Assembly (NCBI GenBank): GCA_040954595.2
Contig: CM082593.2
Coordinates: 8,565,200 to 8,629,199 of the forward strand
Origin: Balanoglossus misakiensis
Taxonomy: Eukaryota; Animalia; Hemichordata
Direction of reading: 5' to 3'
DNA length: 64,000 nt
Shown: positions 52,283 to 64,000 of the stretch, piece by piece
Layout of the letters: every line of letters starts with the position of its first letter
Numbering within the stretch: position 1 is the first letter of the stretch
Position numbers and translations under genes: made by a program
The notes under the pieces: generated by a model
Database searches by the model: none
Told to the model about the DNA's origin: nothing
What the model saw: the letters and a program-made list of their open reading frames with translations, nothing else

Positions 52283-54587
52283 TTATAGTGCACACATAGG
52301 GCAAGTATATTTGTCGATATCTGCGACGTTTTGTGAAGTTAACCCTACGCACACACCATGGTAACACTCATAGCAAGAATTGCATTGTATCATGAGTTTG
52401 CCATCATCTGGCTTTCTACAAATACAATACAATTTGTCAGATGTTTGTTCCTTAGATGAGTTAGTCCTGTTTTTGTTTTTCTCTAGATTGGACTTGTACT
52501 TTACTATCCATGATGGTAGTTTCTCTTGTTTGCGCAAGGTTAGTCTATCATGGTTCACAGTAATAATCATCCTGGGTAATTTAACTCTAAATATGAATGG
52601 TGTTCTTTGTTCTATTATTACACCTGGACCCTTCCATGGTTTTGAAAGTTTCCTACATTTTCCAGGTTTTGTAGCGGTATCCAATATATATACACAGTCT
52701 CCCACGTGATATGTATGAATATTCGCTTTAATATCGTAGACACTTTTCATTTGTTTCTGGCTCGTTTTTAGAGTTTCGCGAGCGACTTCGTGAGCAAATT
52801 TAATGGCATTTTCTAATTCTGCTACGTAAGTGTCCTCTGATTGACATCTGTTGTTAGATAAATTGCCAAACATTAGATCTGTGGGATGATTTACTTCCCG
52901 TTCGAGCATCAACCTATTGGGTGTGAACCCAGTTTGACGATTTACGGATGATCTCAATGCGCCTGCTATTTGGTGCAGATATTTGTCCCATTTATTTTGC
53001 GAATTGCCAATAAAACACCTAACGGCATCCATTAGGGTTCGATTGTAATGTTCTACTTGGCCATTAGCAGAGGGTCGATACGGTGTAGTCCTGGCTTTGT
53101 GTATTTTGAGTACCTCACAAATAGCAGTAAACAATTTACTCTCAAAGTTCCTACCCTGATCAGTAAATATCTGAAACGGGTAGCCAAAACGAGAAAAGAA
53201 TTTGTTCACCGCTGCCGCTTGCGCAGTGACTTATGCAGTTTGTGATGGAAGCAGTACACATTGTACCCACTTTGTAAACTGATCTACCATGACTAAAATG
53301 TATTCGTTTCCCTTGTCTGTCTTTGGCAGAGGCCCCAAGAAGTCTAGGTGCACTCGTTCCATGGGACTGCTTGCATGGTAGTTAGTTAATGTACACTTTG
53401 CGTGTCGGGTGGGTTTCTTATTTTGACTACAAATATCACAAGAGGTAACGAATCAACGTACATCCTGTGACACTCCGTACCAATAGTATTTATTCATCAC
53501 CCGTATTCTAGTGCGCGTTATACCCTGATGACCTGACGATGGCAAATTATGATTCATTTCAAGTATTTCAGCTTGTAATGATCTAGGGACTACCAACAGC
53601 TTTCTTTGGTCATCCTCTCCCACTCTCCAAAGGACACCGTTTTCCAAGAGGTATAGTTCCCTGTTAATCCAGTAATTTTTTGCTGCTGGACTAGCCAAAA
53701 ACAGTTTCCCTTCGGAAGGTGTTTCCTTTGAGCGTAACCAAGATAACAAAATATCAAGATCTCGGTCGTCTGCTTGAGCCTCCCTAAGGTTATTGCTACC
53801 ATAACTAGAGACTTCAGCTCTTATGGAATCGGCTCGAGTCATAACATATACTTTGGGATACATGTGGGAGTTTTGTTCAAGGCATGGCTTTGATACAATC
53901 TCTAAATTTGTATGGTGAGTTTCACTTTCTTGTTCTCTCTCATGAGTTTCCGCTGCTATATGTTCCCTTACCACAGGATTCCACAACCAGTCTAAACCAT
54001 AACTGTAATCAATGTCTCCACCTGGATCACCATTACCAGGTGATGTAGGATGAACACACTGTATTTCTTTTTGAATGCCAGTGCCTTGCGCCAGTGGTAC
54101 AACGTCATCGACCTCATCAATAAATCTTGCCCAATTTCGGTGGACGCGCTTACAGTATTTGCAACCTCCACAGGGCAGGTCGCCTGGTTCGATATTGTGT
54201 TTGTACTCCTGACACCCGATATCAACGGGTATCCTTTATAACGCATCGGCGTTACAATGTTTTTTCCCTGGGCGATGTTCTACGGTCATATTGTATTGAC
54301 TCAATTCTTCCAGCCACCTAGCAAGTTGTCCCTGCGGGTCTTTGAAACGTAGTAACCATAGTAAACTGCTATGGTCCGTCCTCACTGTGAAGTGATTACC
54401 CAACAGGTAATGTCGAAATTGGCGTGTGAAACGTACTATAGCCAGCAGTTCTTTCCGCGTAGTGCAATAACGCCTTTGTTCATTTGTTAAAGCAAAACTG
54501 CCATAGGAGCTAGCTAGATTACTTTCTCTTCACTATTTTGGACTTGGATGAGTTCTGCACCAATTGCAACATCGGAGGCGTCTGTGT
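52283..54587 (-). pseudogene. Gypsy pol 3' part: RNase H, Cys-rich linker, integrase with GPY/F module and C-terminal PHD finger
   Basis: TDASDVAIGAEL, RRYCTTRKELLA, RTDHSSL, HCNADAL; LPCGGCKYCKRVH; HNLPSSGHQG, FTDQGRNFES, TPYRPSANGQVE, KPWKGP; LYCICRKPDDGKLMIQCNSCYECYHGVCVGL...YTCPMC. Several stops and frameshifts. Confidence 0.93.
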
Positions 54588-54935
54588 TTGTTTTTTGGGG
54601 GGTTGAGAGGAAAACACTGTGACAGAAAATTATGACGAAATGCAAGAGTAAGCGTAGCAAAACATCAAAACTTACCAGTGCGACAGTTGTACACCCAGTA
54701 CAGTGCATGCAGTGACCAAGTGCCAGGGTTTTACCAGAGGAACACATGATTGATGATGTTGCAAAGATGAATAAACATCTCATCAATTATATTTACTTCC
54801 TTTGCAGTTTTCATCTTACAGTATTCCACATCCATCTCCTAAAATACTGAAGCCGCAACGGTTCGTAAAAATCCTTGTCAATCGCTCATATCCGCATGAC
54901 TAGTACAGTGCACTAAAGCGTCGTGTTTCATTTCG

Positions 54936-55211
54936 CGCTTTCCGGTTGAAATCTGACCAGACGACAATTTTTTATCTTACTGTATTTGCCTACTTATTGC
55001 GCATGTGCAGTGGTAGGGCACTAAACTTTGTATTAAGGTGACGTGTTACGCACCTCGAAATGAAAGGTCGTCTGATCATGTTGAAATTAATACTGATGAT
55101 ACTATGACTTCTAAGCATTTAATCTATGGAATAAATATTGGGGGTCAACCTGCTGGATTTTTGGTAAAAGCGCTCCCTATCTAGTACCTCTTTAAGCTTT
55201 TGCCAGTGTTC
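54936..55211 (+). repeat. ~280-bp dispersed direct repeat, copy 2
   Basis: Highly similar to 35396-35680. Confidence 0.85.
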
Positions 55212-56126
55212 TCCACAGCCTTCCTGCTCATCTCACTACCATAGGCAAAGAATGCAGCTGGCGATTATCTCAACAGGAGTGGTTTTGACTAGAAACTTCC
55301 ATCTGTGCACCGTTCACCGTTAGAGACCACACCTCATTCATACGGGATGCCGAAACTCCAGAAAACGTCTAACAACTTGTACAACTGTACATGTATAAAG
55401 TGTGCGCAAAGGACTGTGGGATCGGCCAAATTAAATCGAAATGCTAATAAAATTGAATCCAGTCTACTAAAAGTACATGAAACACATTAAAGGCCCACAG
55501 CGCATACATTGCTAGACAAATTCGCATCTGTTGACAAACAGCCTTATTTGGAAGGCATGGGGGGGGGGGGTACTGTTCTGACACATGTGACATACAAGAG
55601 CAGTGTGGGGCACGAGTGTGGGGTGTTCTGTAATCGTAAATGTCGCCACCAAGTGTTGGTCATTTTGTGACATCACCAACTTTGTGAACTAAAATGGCTG
55701 CTGTACGCGAGTCAAATTTATACTATAGCAGAGTGAAAGGTCACTCGAAGCAGTTTTCTCAACAAATATTTCCTGTTATGTGTTGACGATTTTTGTTTTC
55801 CTTTTTTAACTTTATTATATGGAACTTGTTGGATGTTTCTTTGCGGTGAAGAAAATTACTCACACGAGAGAAAAAGCTGAGCAAATTTCTTTGATTATTT
55901 TATTCAAAAGCGTTGAATTTCTGCACCTTAGCTAAAATACAAATTGCATTTTTTTGACAAACACATTCAAAAAATGATTTGAATACAACTTTAAAATTTA
56001 CATGTGCAGTGACACAATATGGTCTATGTTGAAGAGACTAACACTATGCATTTAACTCTGCCAGGGGAAGCCATAATACATAGAACAAGTTACAGATAAT
56101 GGCTTTATCTGTGCAAGCTGTGTTGC

Positions 56127-59100
56127 TTAGCTATGAAGACTGCCATCTAGAGTTGACTGTTCTACACTGCCCTCTGCTGGGGAATATTCCTGGAAGTCAA
56201 TATCACTGCTCTTTAATTCTGAAAGTTGCTCAGAGTCATCAACACAAACGGTCAAATCTGACGGTTCCGCAGATAATTTGTCAGACATTTTACGTAGCTT
56301 AAGCTTACCGCAGGTTAACTGAGAGAGAAGAGCGAGGAAGGTATCTGAATCCTCGGAGTAGGTTCTGTTCGTGCTCGTTTCAAGAAAGGCACTGATCATC
56401 AACATTGTATACATGGGCGCCATAATGAAGTAGACAATGAATATGAGAAGAACAAACATAGTGGGACCAATCAAACGATACTGCTCATTCAGCTCAGACA
56501 GGTCAAACTGCCCCAGAAGGAAACCAAGCAGTGATTCGGCCGAAGATATCATGGTGCTGTACTCGGGAATCTTGTTCCCGAAAACCACGTACGCAAACTG
56601 GCAAAAGGCATAAATCACGTAGCCAATCATGAAGGAGAAAGCGATCAAGTGCGAATACACCAGTTGAAATGTTCTCTGTACGAGATAGACACTGCTGTTA
56701 GTGCGCAACATTTTGCCTAACTTCACCGTCGCGATGAAAACTACGTACGCTGACGTGATGTTGAGTGCCTGGTACGAAAATGCCACGTTGTAAAAACTTG
56801 TGAACAATCGCTGATTGGACTTGTATTTAGCGATGGTGTTAACTGATTCTGTCAGGTGGTAAATGTAAATAGATATTGAAGCCAGGGAGCACAGAACTTC
56901 CAGTACATCTAGCAGGTTCCAGAGACTGCAAAAGTAACGTAGCTTCTGCTGGTGGATACCTGATACTATAATAAATATGAAACCACCAGTGATGATCACG
57001 TATAGAATTTGACATATCAGGATGAAGATGTTTGTAAGCAGTTCCCTTTTGTAGTATTTGGTGGTGATCAACTCATAGGACGGAAAAACGCCGCCTGTTG
57101 CGGGAAGCTCAAGAAGGAAGGTTACCACGGCGATGAGATTGGCATCCACATTGTACACAGTCAGCTCGACGTACAGAGCCCTGCTTCTGTCGTCGATCCA
57201 TGACGACTCGTAGACTTCCTGCACGACACGCGAGGCCTCCTCCAACGTGATTCCCAAGTCGGCCACGTATCCACCCCGTCCGTAAACCGCAAAGTTGCCC
57301 ACGAAGTAGCTGCCCTGAGCCCCATCTGAGCTCTGATAGTGCCACTTGTTGGACTGGTTGACAGAAGCGACCACACCGCCATCCCAAGAATCACTGTATG
57401 ACTGTCTGTCTTCAGAGCCATCAGAGTACTCGGCCAGGCAGTTCTTCATGGCCGACGCCAACGTCTCATGCACTTGGCATGAATCTATCGCAAAAACAGA
57501 AAATTGACATATCTAATAAATTGACAATAAATGTCAACACTAAATTGACAAAGAAGATAAAACAGGCTGTTCCCACCATACTTTTTCAGTAAGGGGGTCT
57601 AAAATATTGTGGAAAGTGCTGAGTAAACACTTGCACTCCTAATGCCATAGAAATCCTATGGTGAAAATATCTGAAGAGCTCTATCAAAAAATCAAGCACA
57701 GTGACTTAGTGTTTTCTTTATATCAATTTATGATACTTCTCTTTTGGCACCTTTTGTGAAACATTTAAAGAAAATGACAATATTGTAACATTGTTTTCTC
57801 AAAATCCTAAAAATGTAAGTCTAATGGAATGTGATACCCAATGCACTGCATCACAATTGTCATTGTCAAACTCTCTCCATTCAATGGTAGCCCGTCTCTC
57901 GCACCTGCTTTGATCCTCACTTGTCGTAACCTGGCACTGCCCAGCAGTCTGGTGGCGCTGCTGTCTGCCCCCAAGTAGTCCTCCTCAGGGCCATACAACC
58001 CGGGCAACAAGGCATCATTCATCCAATCAAATATATCTTCATAGGCTCCGATCTGAAAACAGATTCAGGAATTTCTTTTTCAGTACGTGTTATCATTTGT
58101 GACATTTGAAACCAAACATGCACTTATGTCTACCGGAGTATATTGTATTTCCACATGTAGTAAATATTTCTAAGCCTGGACAAATTTCTTCTGAAAACCA
58201 ATTGGTGCAGGCAATGAATACCAGTACATGTACATCCACACCAACAATGTCCACAAAAATTCTTGAGTCACTGATTCATAACTGCTGGTATCTTAAAGCG
58301 CGTAGCTCGTCTCACACGCATGTTCCAACTGTAGCCGCTGGTTACAGACGTTTAGTGAACAGTCAAGTCAATCCCATAAGGCAGTGCTATGTCCTAAAAA
58401 CAGAGAAGATGGCGGCGACCATAATCTGTGTCGGAGATCGGGAAAAGACACTAGCTTGGGTGACAAGGAGGGACAAAACCAGAATCTACTTATACAGTGA
58501 CATGAAACATGGAAGGAAGCGAAGGCAGTCCACTATTTGAATGCATTGAATGGAAAATTTGCTGGGAAGTTACGCGCATGCGCGTGAGACGAGCTACCCG
58601 CTTTAAAGGGGCAAAATGGTTAACTATTGGCATTATTTATGTTATCTTAGTTTCTTTAGTGAAGTTATGTATCTTGTTCTGCTCAATGGAACATGCTCAA
58701 TACCTAGTTGTCACAGCTAAATTCTGACCTTGTATATAGACACATTACATCAATAAATATATCCATCATTTACTTTTTGGTCAGTACCAAAAACTATGAA
58801 GTTGAAGTTTTCACATGTTATACCCATGAAACTGGGTGTAGAAGTTGAGCACTGTTTGTTAGCTGACTAGCGAAGACGTTCAACAGTGAGTAAACGTACA
58901 TGCCACCAACCAAACAGGCTTCCCAGTTCTGAGCATGTGCAGTACCAATGGGAACAAACCATATTTTAATTACATGGGAAGAGGCAGGTCATACAGCCCT
59001 AAGTAACATTATCACACAGCTGTTAAATTTCCATGAACAAGCCAAGAAACAGGAGATCTGAATTACAAACAGACCCACCTCATCGAAGCCATCAGCGAGC

Positions 59101-62100
59101 GTATTTCCCAAAACATTGTTCCAGTGGATAGCATTTGGAGACACCAGGTTGAAGGCGATGGTGGTGATCAAGAACAGCAATATGACGCTCACGAGCATTT
59201 CCTTCACCAAGCCGTTCACCCTCTTCTGTTTCTCCAGTTCTTTCGCTGCCTGGCGTACAATTGCCTGGGGTGGTGGGTGGTACTGTGGGGCTTGTCGGAT
59301 ATGTTTCAGACGACTAATATGGCTGTCAATGTCACCTTCCAGTACAGAGGCATCTGAAGACAAAATAATTGATTACAACTAGGGTGAAAATTAAAAATTC
59401 AATAATCCAATTTTCAGTTTGTCACCAGTTAAAATTCTTGCATGAATATTACAGCATATGACTGGCGACTAGCAGTACTACGTTTGAAAATACCATAAAG
59501 CAGCCACATATAAAAACTGTGTGCCATGCCAAACAAAAAACTTTTCGAGGTGTTTGGGAATTTGTTATTTTTGCATTTCCAAATAAATAATCAAAACCTG
59601 ATTGAATTTAATTACTGGAATTGTTTACACAGTAGTACGGTATGATTTCAGGGCTCTGTAGTTTAACGTCAATCATCAGAATTCAATTGACAATGTACTA
59701 ATACAGCATCATACCGGTAGTTTACTAAATAAATACAAAAGAATAAACTGCTTACCATACTTGCTCGACTTTTCAATTTCAGATGTGACTTGATCATCAT
59801 TTTTTCCAAACAGGGACGACACAATCATGGCCAAAAAGATCACTTTGAACGGTTGGACGCAGAATACGCTCTGAAACAGCGACACACCCATGGACACCAG
59901 CCAATCGATAGACTTCTGCCGGCCATACTTCAGTCCGTACCACAGGATGAAGAAAGCAGATGCGAGACACGTCAGAGCAACCAAGATCCAGCCGACGTAC
60001 ACAAACCACCAGGGAAAGAATCCCGACTGATTCCTCTTCATGAAATTTTCCACCAGATCTTTGCCTTTGTTGTAGAACTTCTGCGGTGCAGCCACGTATT
60101 CCGACTGCAAGGAGAGCATCTTCTGCAGTTTCCATTTGGCCAGTGCGTAGTCGGCAGGGCTTCGGAAGTCAGCTGGAGACATCTCTTCCAGTCTGTCGAG
60201 TGCCTGTTGTAACTTCTTGCTCACGTGTGCTTTGTGTCCATCCTGCAGAAGGGCGTCTAGGGAAGACAACTGGCTGTCACCAGATTCTGTTTCCGAGATC
60301 TTGATACTCTCGACGTTGATGGCTGAACCTTCATCAGAGCTCCTCACTCCTTGATCAACTCTGTTTTTGATATCTTGTGCAGTTGAAGAGGTATGTCTTT
60401 CCTCAGATTGTTTGCTTTCGCGCTCTGAAAGGCTCCTCTCTGATGACGACTTGCCAACTTGATCGTCTGATTCATTCATTGCTCCACTCTGACCAAAATC
60501 ACCACCACCACTAACACCATCATCGTTGTCTCCATGATAACTTGTGTGTGCACTGACATCAAGATTATCCCCTCCATCGGTCTCACCAAAACACAGACTT
60601 TGAAGACCCATGAGCTGCTGCTTCCAAGAAGCCGTCGATATTCTCGGCCTCAGATTCCTGAATATCTGCACAATGGCTATGTTGATCGGCACGGTAACCA
60701 GTCCACTCTGTATACCAATCATAATTTCTGTGATGGTCATTCTGAAGTGGCCAAAGTCGATTTCCTGCTGACTTGGGTCGACGGTGACACCGTAGAACAT
60801 CAAACCGGCCAACATTGTGCAGAGCAAGAGAGAGAGACAACAGGAGACCCTCTGGAGACAGTTGAACTGACTGTAGGCAGGTCTGGAGAAGATGCTGAAC
60901 CACAGGTGTCCGTCTCGGAAATCCTGAACTGTTCTGGTCACAAAGAGGTGCTGGAATGAGCTCAGTTCTTCCGGTGTAGCCACCAGGAAAGTTCGGTCGA
61001 TTGATCCGGACTGCGTAGAGATCCAGGATTTACACAGGAAGTACCACTGGATGCCTGTCTCCAGATTTTCCACAACAATGCGGCTTACAAACCTGAGTTG
61101 AGAAAAAATATACAAGATAAATTTAAATTAATCTCCATTGATCTATATGTCCTGTTTTAGCACACAATTTACAGACAGACAGCCTCCCCACAACACAAAT
61201 TACCCCCGGAAATTGCTTTAATAATAATTATTTTTATCAACTTCAGATTTGAGACTACATATACACACTCACCATCCAGGACTTGATCCAGCGTTATCAT
61301 GCCACAGTCTCACTGACTGCAAGTTTCCCAGGTATCTGTGCGTTCTCACCAGGAAACAATCGCGACTACCAGTCTGTAAGACTCTCCTGTTCCCATCAGC
61401 TGGGTTGAGAACGTGGCAATCACTGTCTTCCCAGGCGCCTGATATCGTCAGACTGACAGTGGCTGAGGTCCCTGCTCCTCGCCGTACGCCCGTAAATATG
61501 GTCACTTGATAGTTTATCCTGGCTAGGGGGTCATTATCCTCCAACACTACAACTTCTCTCTGGGTGGACAAAATTTAAAGCAACATTATTGATAACACAT
61601 TTGATGATTAATTCCTTAAAGTGACAAAGTCTCTCTCTAGCTGTTTTTTTCCATTAACCCTAATGCTACTGGGTGTCATACCTGTTTAGAGTGTCAAGTC
61701 CCGAATGTGTCATTTTTCTTCTTAAACGTATTTTGCTCTCACACGTACTTAGACACACTTGGCAGTCTGAGCCCCCTGAAAAATGTACCAAATCGTACTG
61801 GTTTGCACTGTATTGGTCTGAGGGTCATGTATAGGCCCTACTGATTAACACGCACTTGGCAACCTAACAGGCCTGGGTGCCAGGATTCTAGGCACCCTGG
61901 AAATCAAACCAGTTTCAACTAACTTGGCAGCATTAGGGTTAATGAGCAGAATTCAGCCTCAATAATATACTAGAACTCTCGATATCTCTAAATGATGTTA
62001 CAGACAAAATGAGGGGACAATACACACAGACATGTATGAATCTAAAACACACACATTCTTTAAAAAATTATTACAAACCTTAGCAGCATTGCTGATGTCT

Positions 62101-63814
62101 TTGCGACGTGCAAGAATTGCACAGAGGAGGAAGACAACAAATATGGTGATGAGCGTCCCCAACATGATGGGATTATCGGCAATTGTTAAAAATAGGGCGA
62201 TGTCCTCAGCAAAATTTATTTCATAGGGTGCAACAAAAATACTAGTTCCAAAGAAACTTAGATGGTTGCATTCACATCTGATGGCTCTGATGGTAGAATC
62301 TGCAGCTACCTGTAATTGGAGATAAAATAAAACTTGCTTGTTAGATTATAACCAGCATTACTATACCGATGTGTACATCTACACTTATGACAATTGAAAT
62401 CAGTATGCACTAAAAAGTTCAGTATGGCTGCTTAGTCATACCAGCAATTATGCAAAGCAAACTGTTCACTTGATTAATTGTCCTTCGATTGAAATTATGC
62501 AAAATAAACTCACTCATAAAATTTTAGACACATTATGAAATGTAAACAGATTAAATAACCATCTATTGAAACCACTTCAGTTTTACAGCCAGAAAATTAT
62601 GGGACTGAATCAAGAGGCCTATTAACCTTGCATCCATCTGTCAGCCATGTTTCCTCTGTTTCATTCCAGTAACGGCACACGACTTGATAGACGGACAGAC
62701 TGACATTCACTGACACATCCTCTGTCGACATGACCTCATCACCACCAACCCGAACACCTACGACGTATTTTCCGTTCTGGAACCTCTCACTGGGCTGAGA
62801 AATCCACGTGTATTCCAAGTCTGCTGAGATGTTCCCTGCATTCCCGGAATTTGACGAATTAACAGCGCGTGGGAATGCCACAAAGTAGTCGTAACTCCGC
62901 AGGCTGGGTTCACTCTCGAACTGAAGGTACATCTCAATCTCCGTCCACTGTGCATCTTGGGAACGAACTTCAAAGAGAACCGCTGCGTGCGGATCGTCCA
63001 TGGATACGTTCAGAAAAGTCAAGTTGCTCGTCTTGGCCATTGTGTATATTTCATGCGGAGTGAAGGCGTCGCCGTCGCTATGGGGAAGCAGAATCCGTAT
63101 GGGCTCCTCCAGATCCCGGACTGCGATTCCCGCGCCGTCTTTCTCGGCGAATTCTAAACTGCTGACTGATGATGTCACTTGTGAAGAGTTCCTCGTCCAG
63201 TGAAAGGGATTGGAGTTAAAGTGCTGTACCTACAAAAAATATCCAAGATTGCTAATTCAATCATTTTACAATTTTCCAAAGTGCAAGATGGTCCGCTGAA
63301 CTATCAATACAAGTTTGTTTTTACACTCTTAGTCTCCATAATTTCCAAGAGCATGTCATTTTTGTTTCGGAGTTATTGGGCAGTTATTGTCAGAGAATAA
63401 GGCTGGCCTCACAATATCAGTAATTTCATTTTAAAAAATAATTTATAGAAGTATTAACATTTTGGACAGAATGGTGGCGTTTAATTTGTATTTATCTCCC
63501 TTTTCCCCTGAATTGTCACATTTGAGATATACAGTGTACTCTTCCAAACACACCTTCATATCGACAACAGTATCAAACACTGACTCTGAATTCATTGTAT
63601 GAAAGATGACGTCATTCGATGGCAAGTTGAATTCGATGTCGCTACCACTGGATAGAGTCGTTCCTCCGATGTCATACAGTTCCTGTCTGTCAAACAGCAT
63701 GGACACGCTGTGCGATTTCATGACTGTTGCCTTCTCCCCGGGCACCTTACTCTCCAAGATGGCGTCCATGATGCTGTTTAATGCTGACACAGCGCCAGCA
63801 GAAATGTTGCGACT
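56127..63814 (-). CDS. Polycystin-1-like (PKD1L family) receptor/channel, 3' exons; the gene continues beyond the window
   Basis: In-frame GT-AG exons 63814-63554, 63229-62627, 62309-62079, 61559-61273, 61092-59756, 59353-59079, 58052-57905 and 57484-56127. GAIN/GPS CRYWNET..W.TDGC..CECNHLSFF, then TM1, PLAT (YQVTIFTG..GAGTSA..LWHDNAG..W), HLWFSIFSRP..QRVSCCLS, and a polycystin channel domain (LLGSARLRQVR, WIDDRSRAL). Confidence 0.95.
58297..58602. mobile_element. Kolobok-like MITE in a PKD1L intron
   Basis: ttaa|agcgcgtagctcgtctcac ... gtgagacgagctacccgct|ttaa. Confidence 0.85.
61658..61938. mobile_element. piggyBac-like MITE in a PKD1L intron
   Basis: ttaa|ccctaatgct ... agcattaggg|ttaa. 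Confidence 0.85.
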
Positions 63815-64000
63815 CTGAAACACAACAGGCACATTAGTGAAAACGCTAACAGTTCACTGATTTTTTTCTTTGTAATCTTTCATTAACATTTTCACATAAC
63901 ATCCATTTTTTTGTAAAAACTTAACTTACTGATGCTTGGGGTCCACTAATGGTAGCAATTTATAATAAATGGTGAAATTTGTACTGAACAAAATGAAATG

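Larger units (their letters stand above)
49170..54587 (-). mobile_element. 5'-truncated Gypsy-type LTR retrotransposon with PHD-integrase and an extra TatD-encoding ORF
   Basis: Order RNase H - integrase - extra ORF - PPT - LTR on the minus strand. gag, protease, RT and the 5' LTR are absent. Confidence 0.85.

Overview
This is animal genomic DNA (spliceosomal introns; the transposon repertoire suggests a marine invertebrate, by inference). 1-23.5 kb is a 130-bp HindIII-site satellite (~130 monomers) interrupted by two long-TIR MITEs; one of them was amplified four times together with 18-25 monomers as a higher-order repeat. 23.5-36.3 kb is nested transposon debris: a CR1/L2-type LINE split by a Harbinger derivative, a complex tandem duplication, and a Helentron/HINE-like element containing a long hairpin. 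37.6-44 kb is a multi-exon DYRK/HIPK-like kinase pseudogene (minus strand). 44.1-48.4 kb is a DIRS1-type tyrosine-recombinase retrotransposon with ITRs and ICR. 49.2-54.6 kb is the 3' half of a Gypsy-type LTR retrotransposon: its integrase ends in a PHD finger, and in the env position it carries a ~770-codon degenerate extra ORF with a C2H2-like finger and a TatD nuclease domain. This is the most unusual system in the window. 56.1-64 kb holds the 3' exons of an apparently intact polycystin-1-like (PKD1L) gene. All calls come from reading the sequence by eye; no database searches were run.
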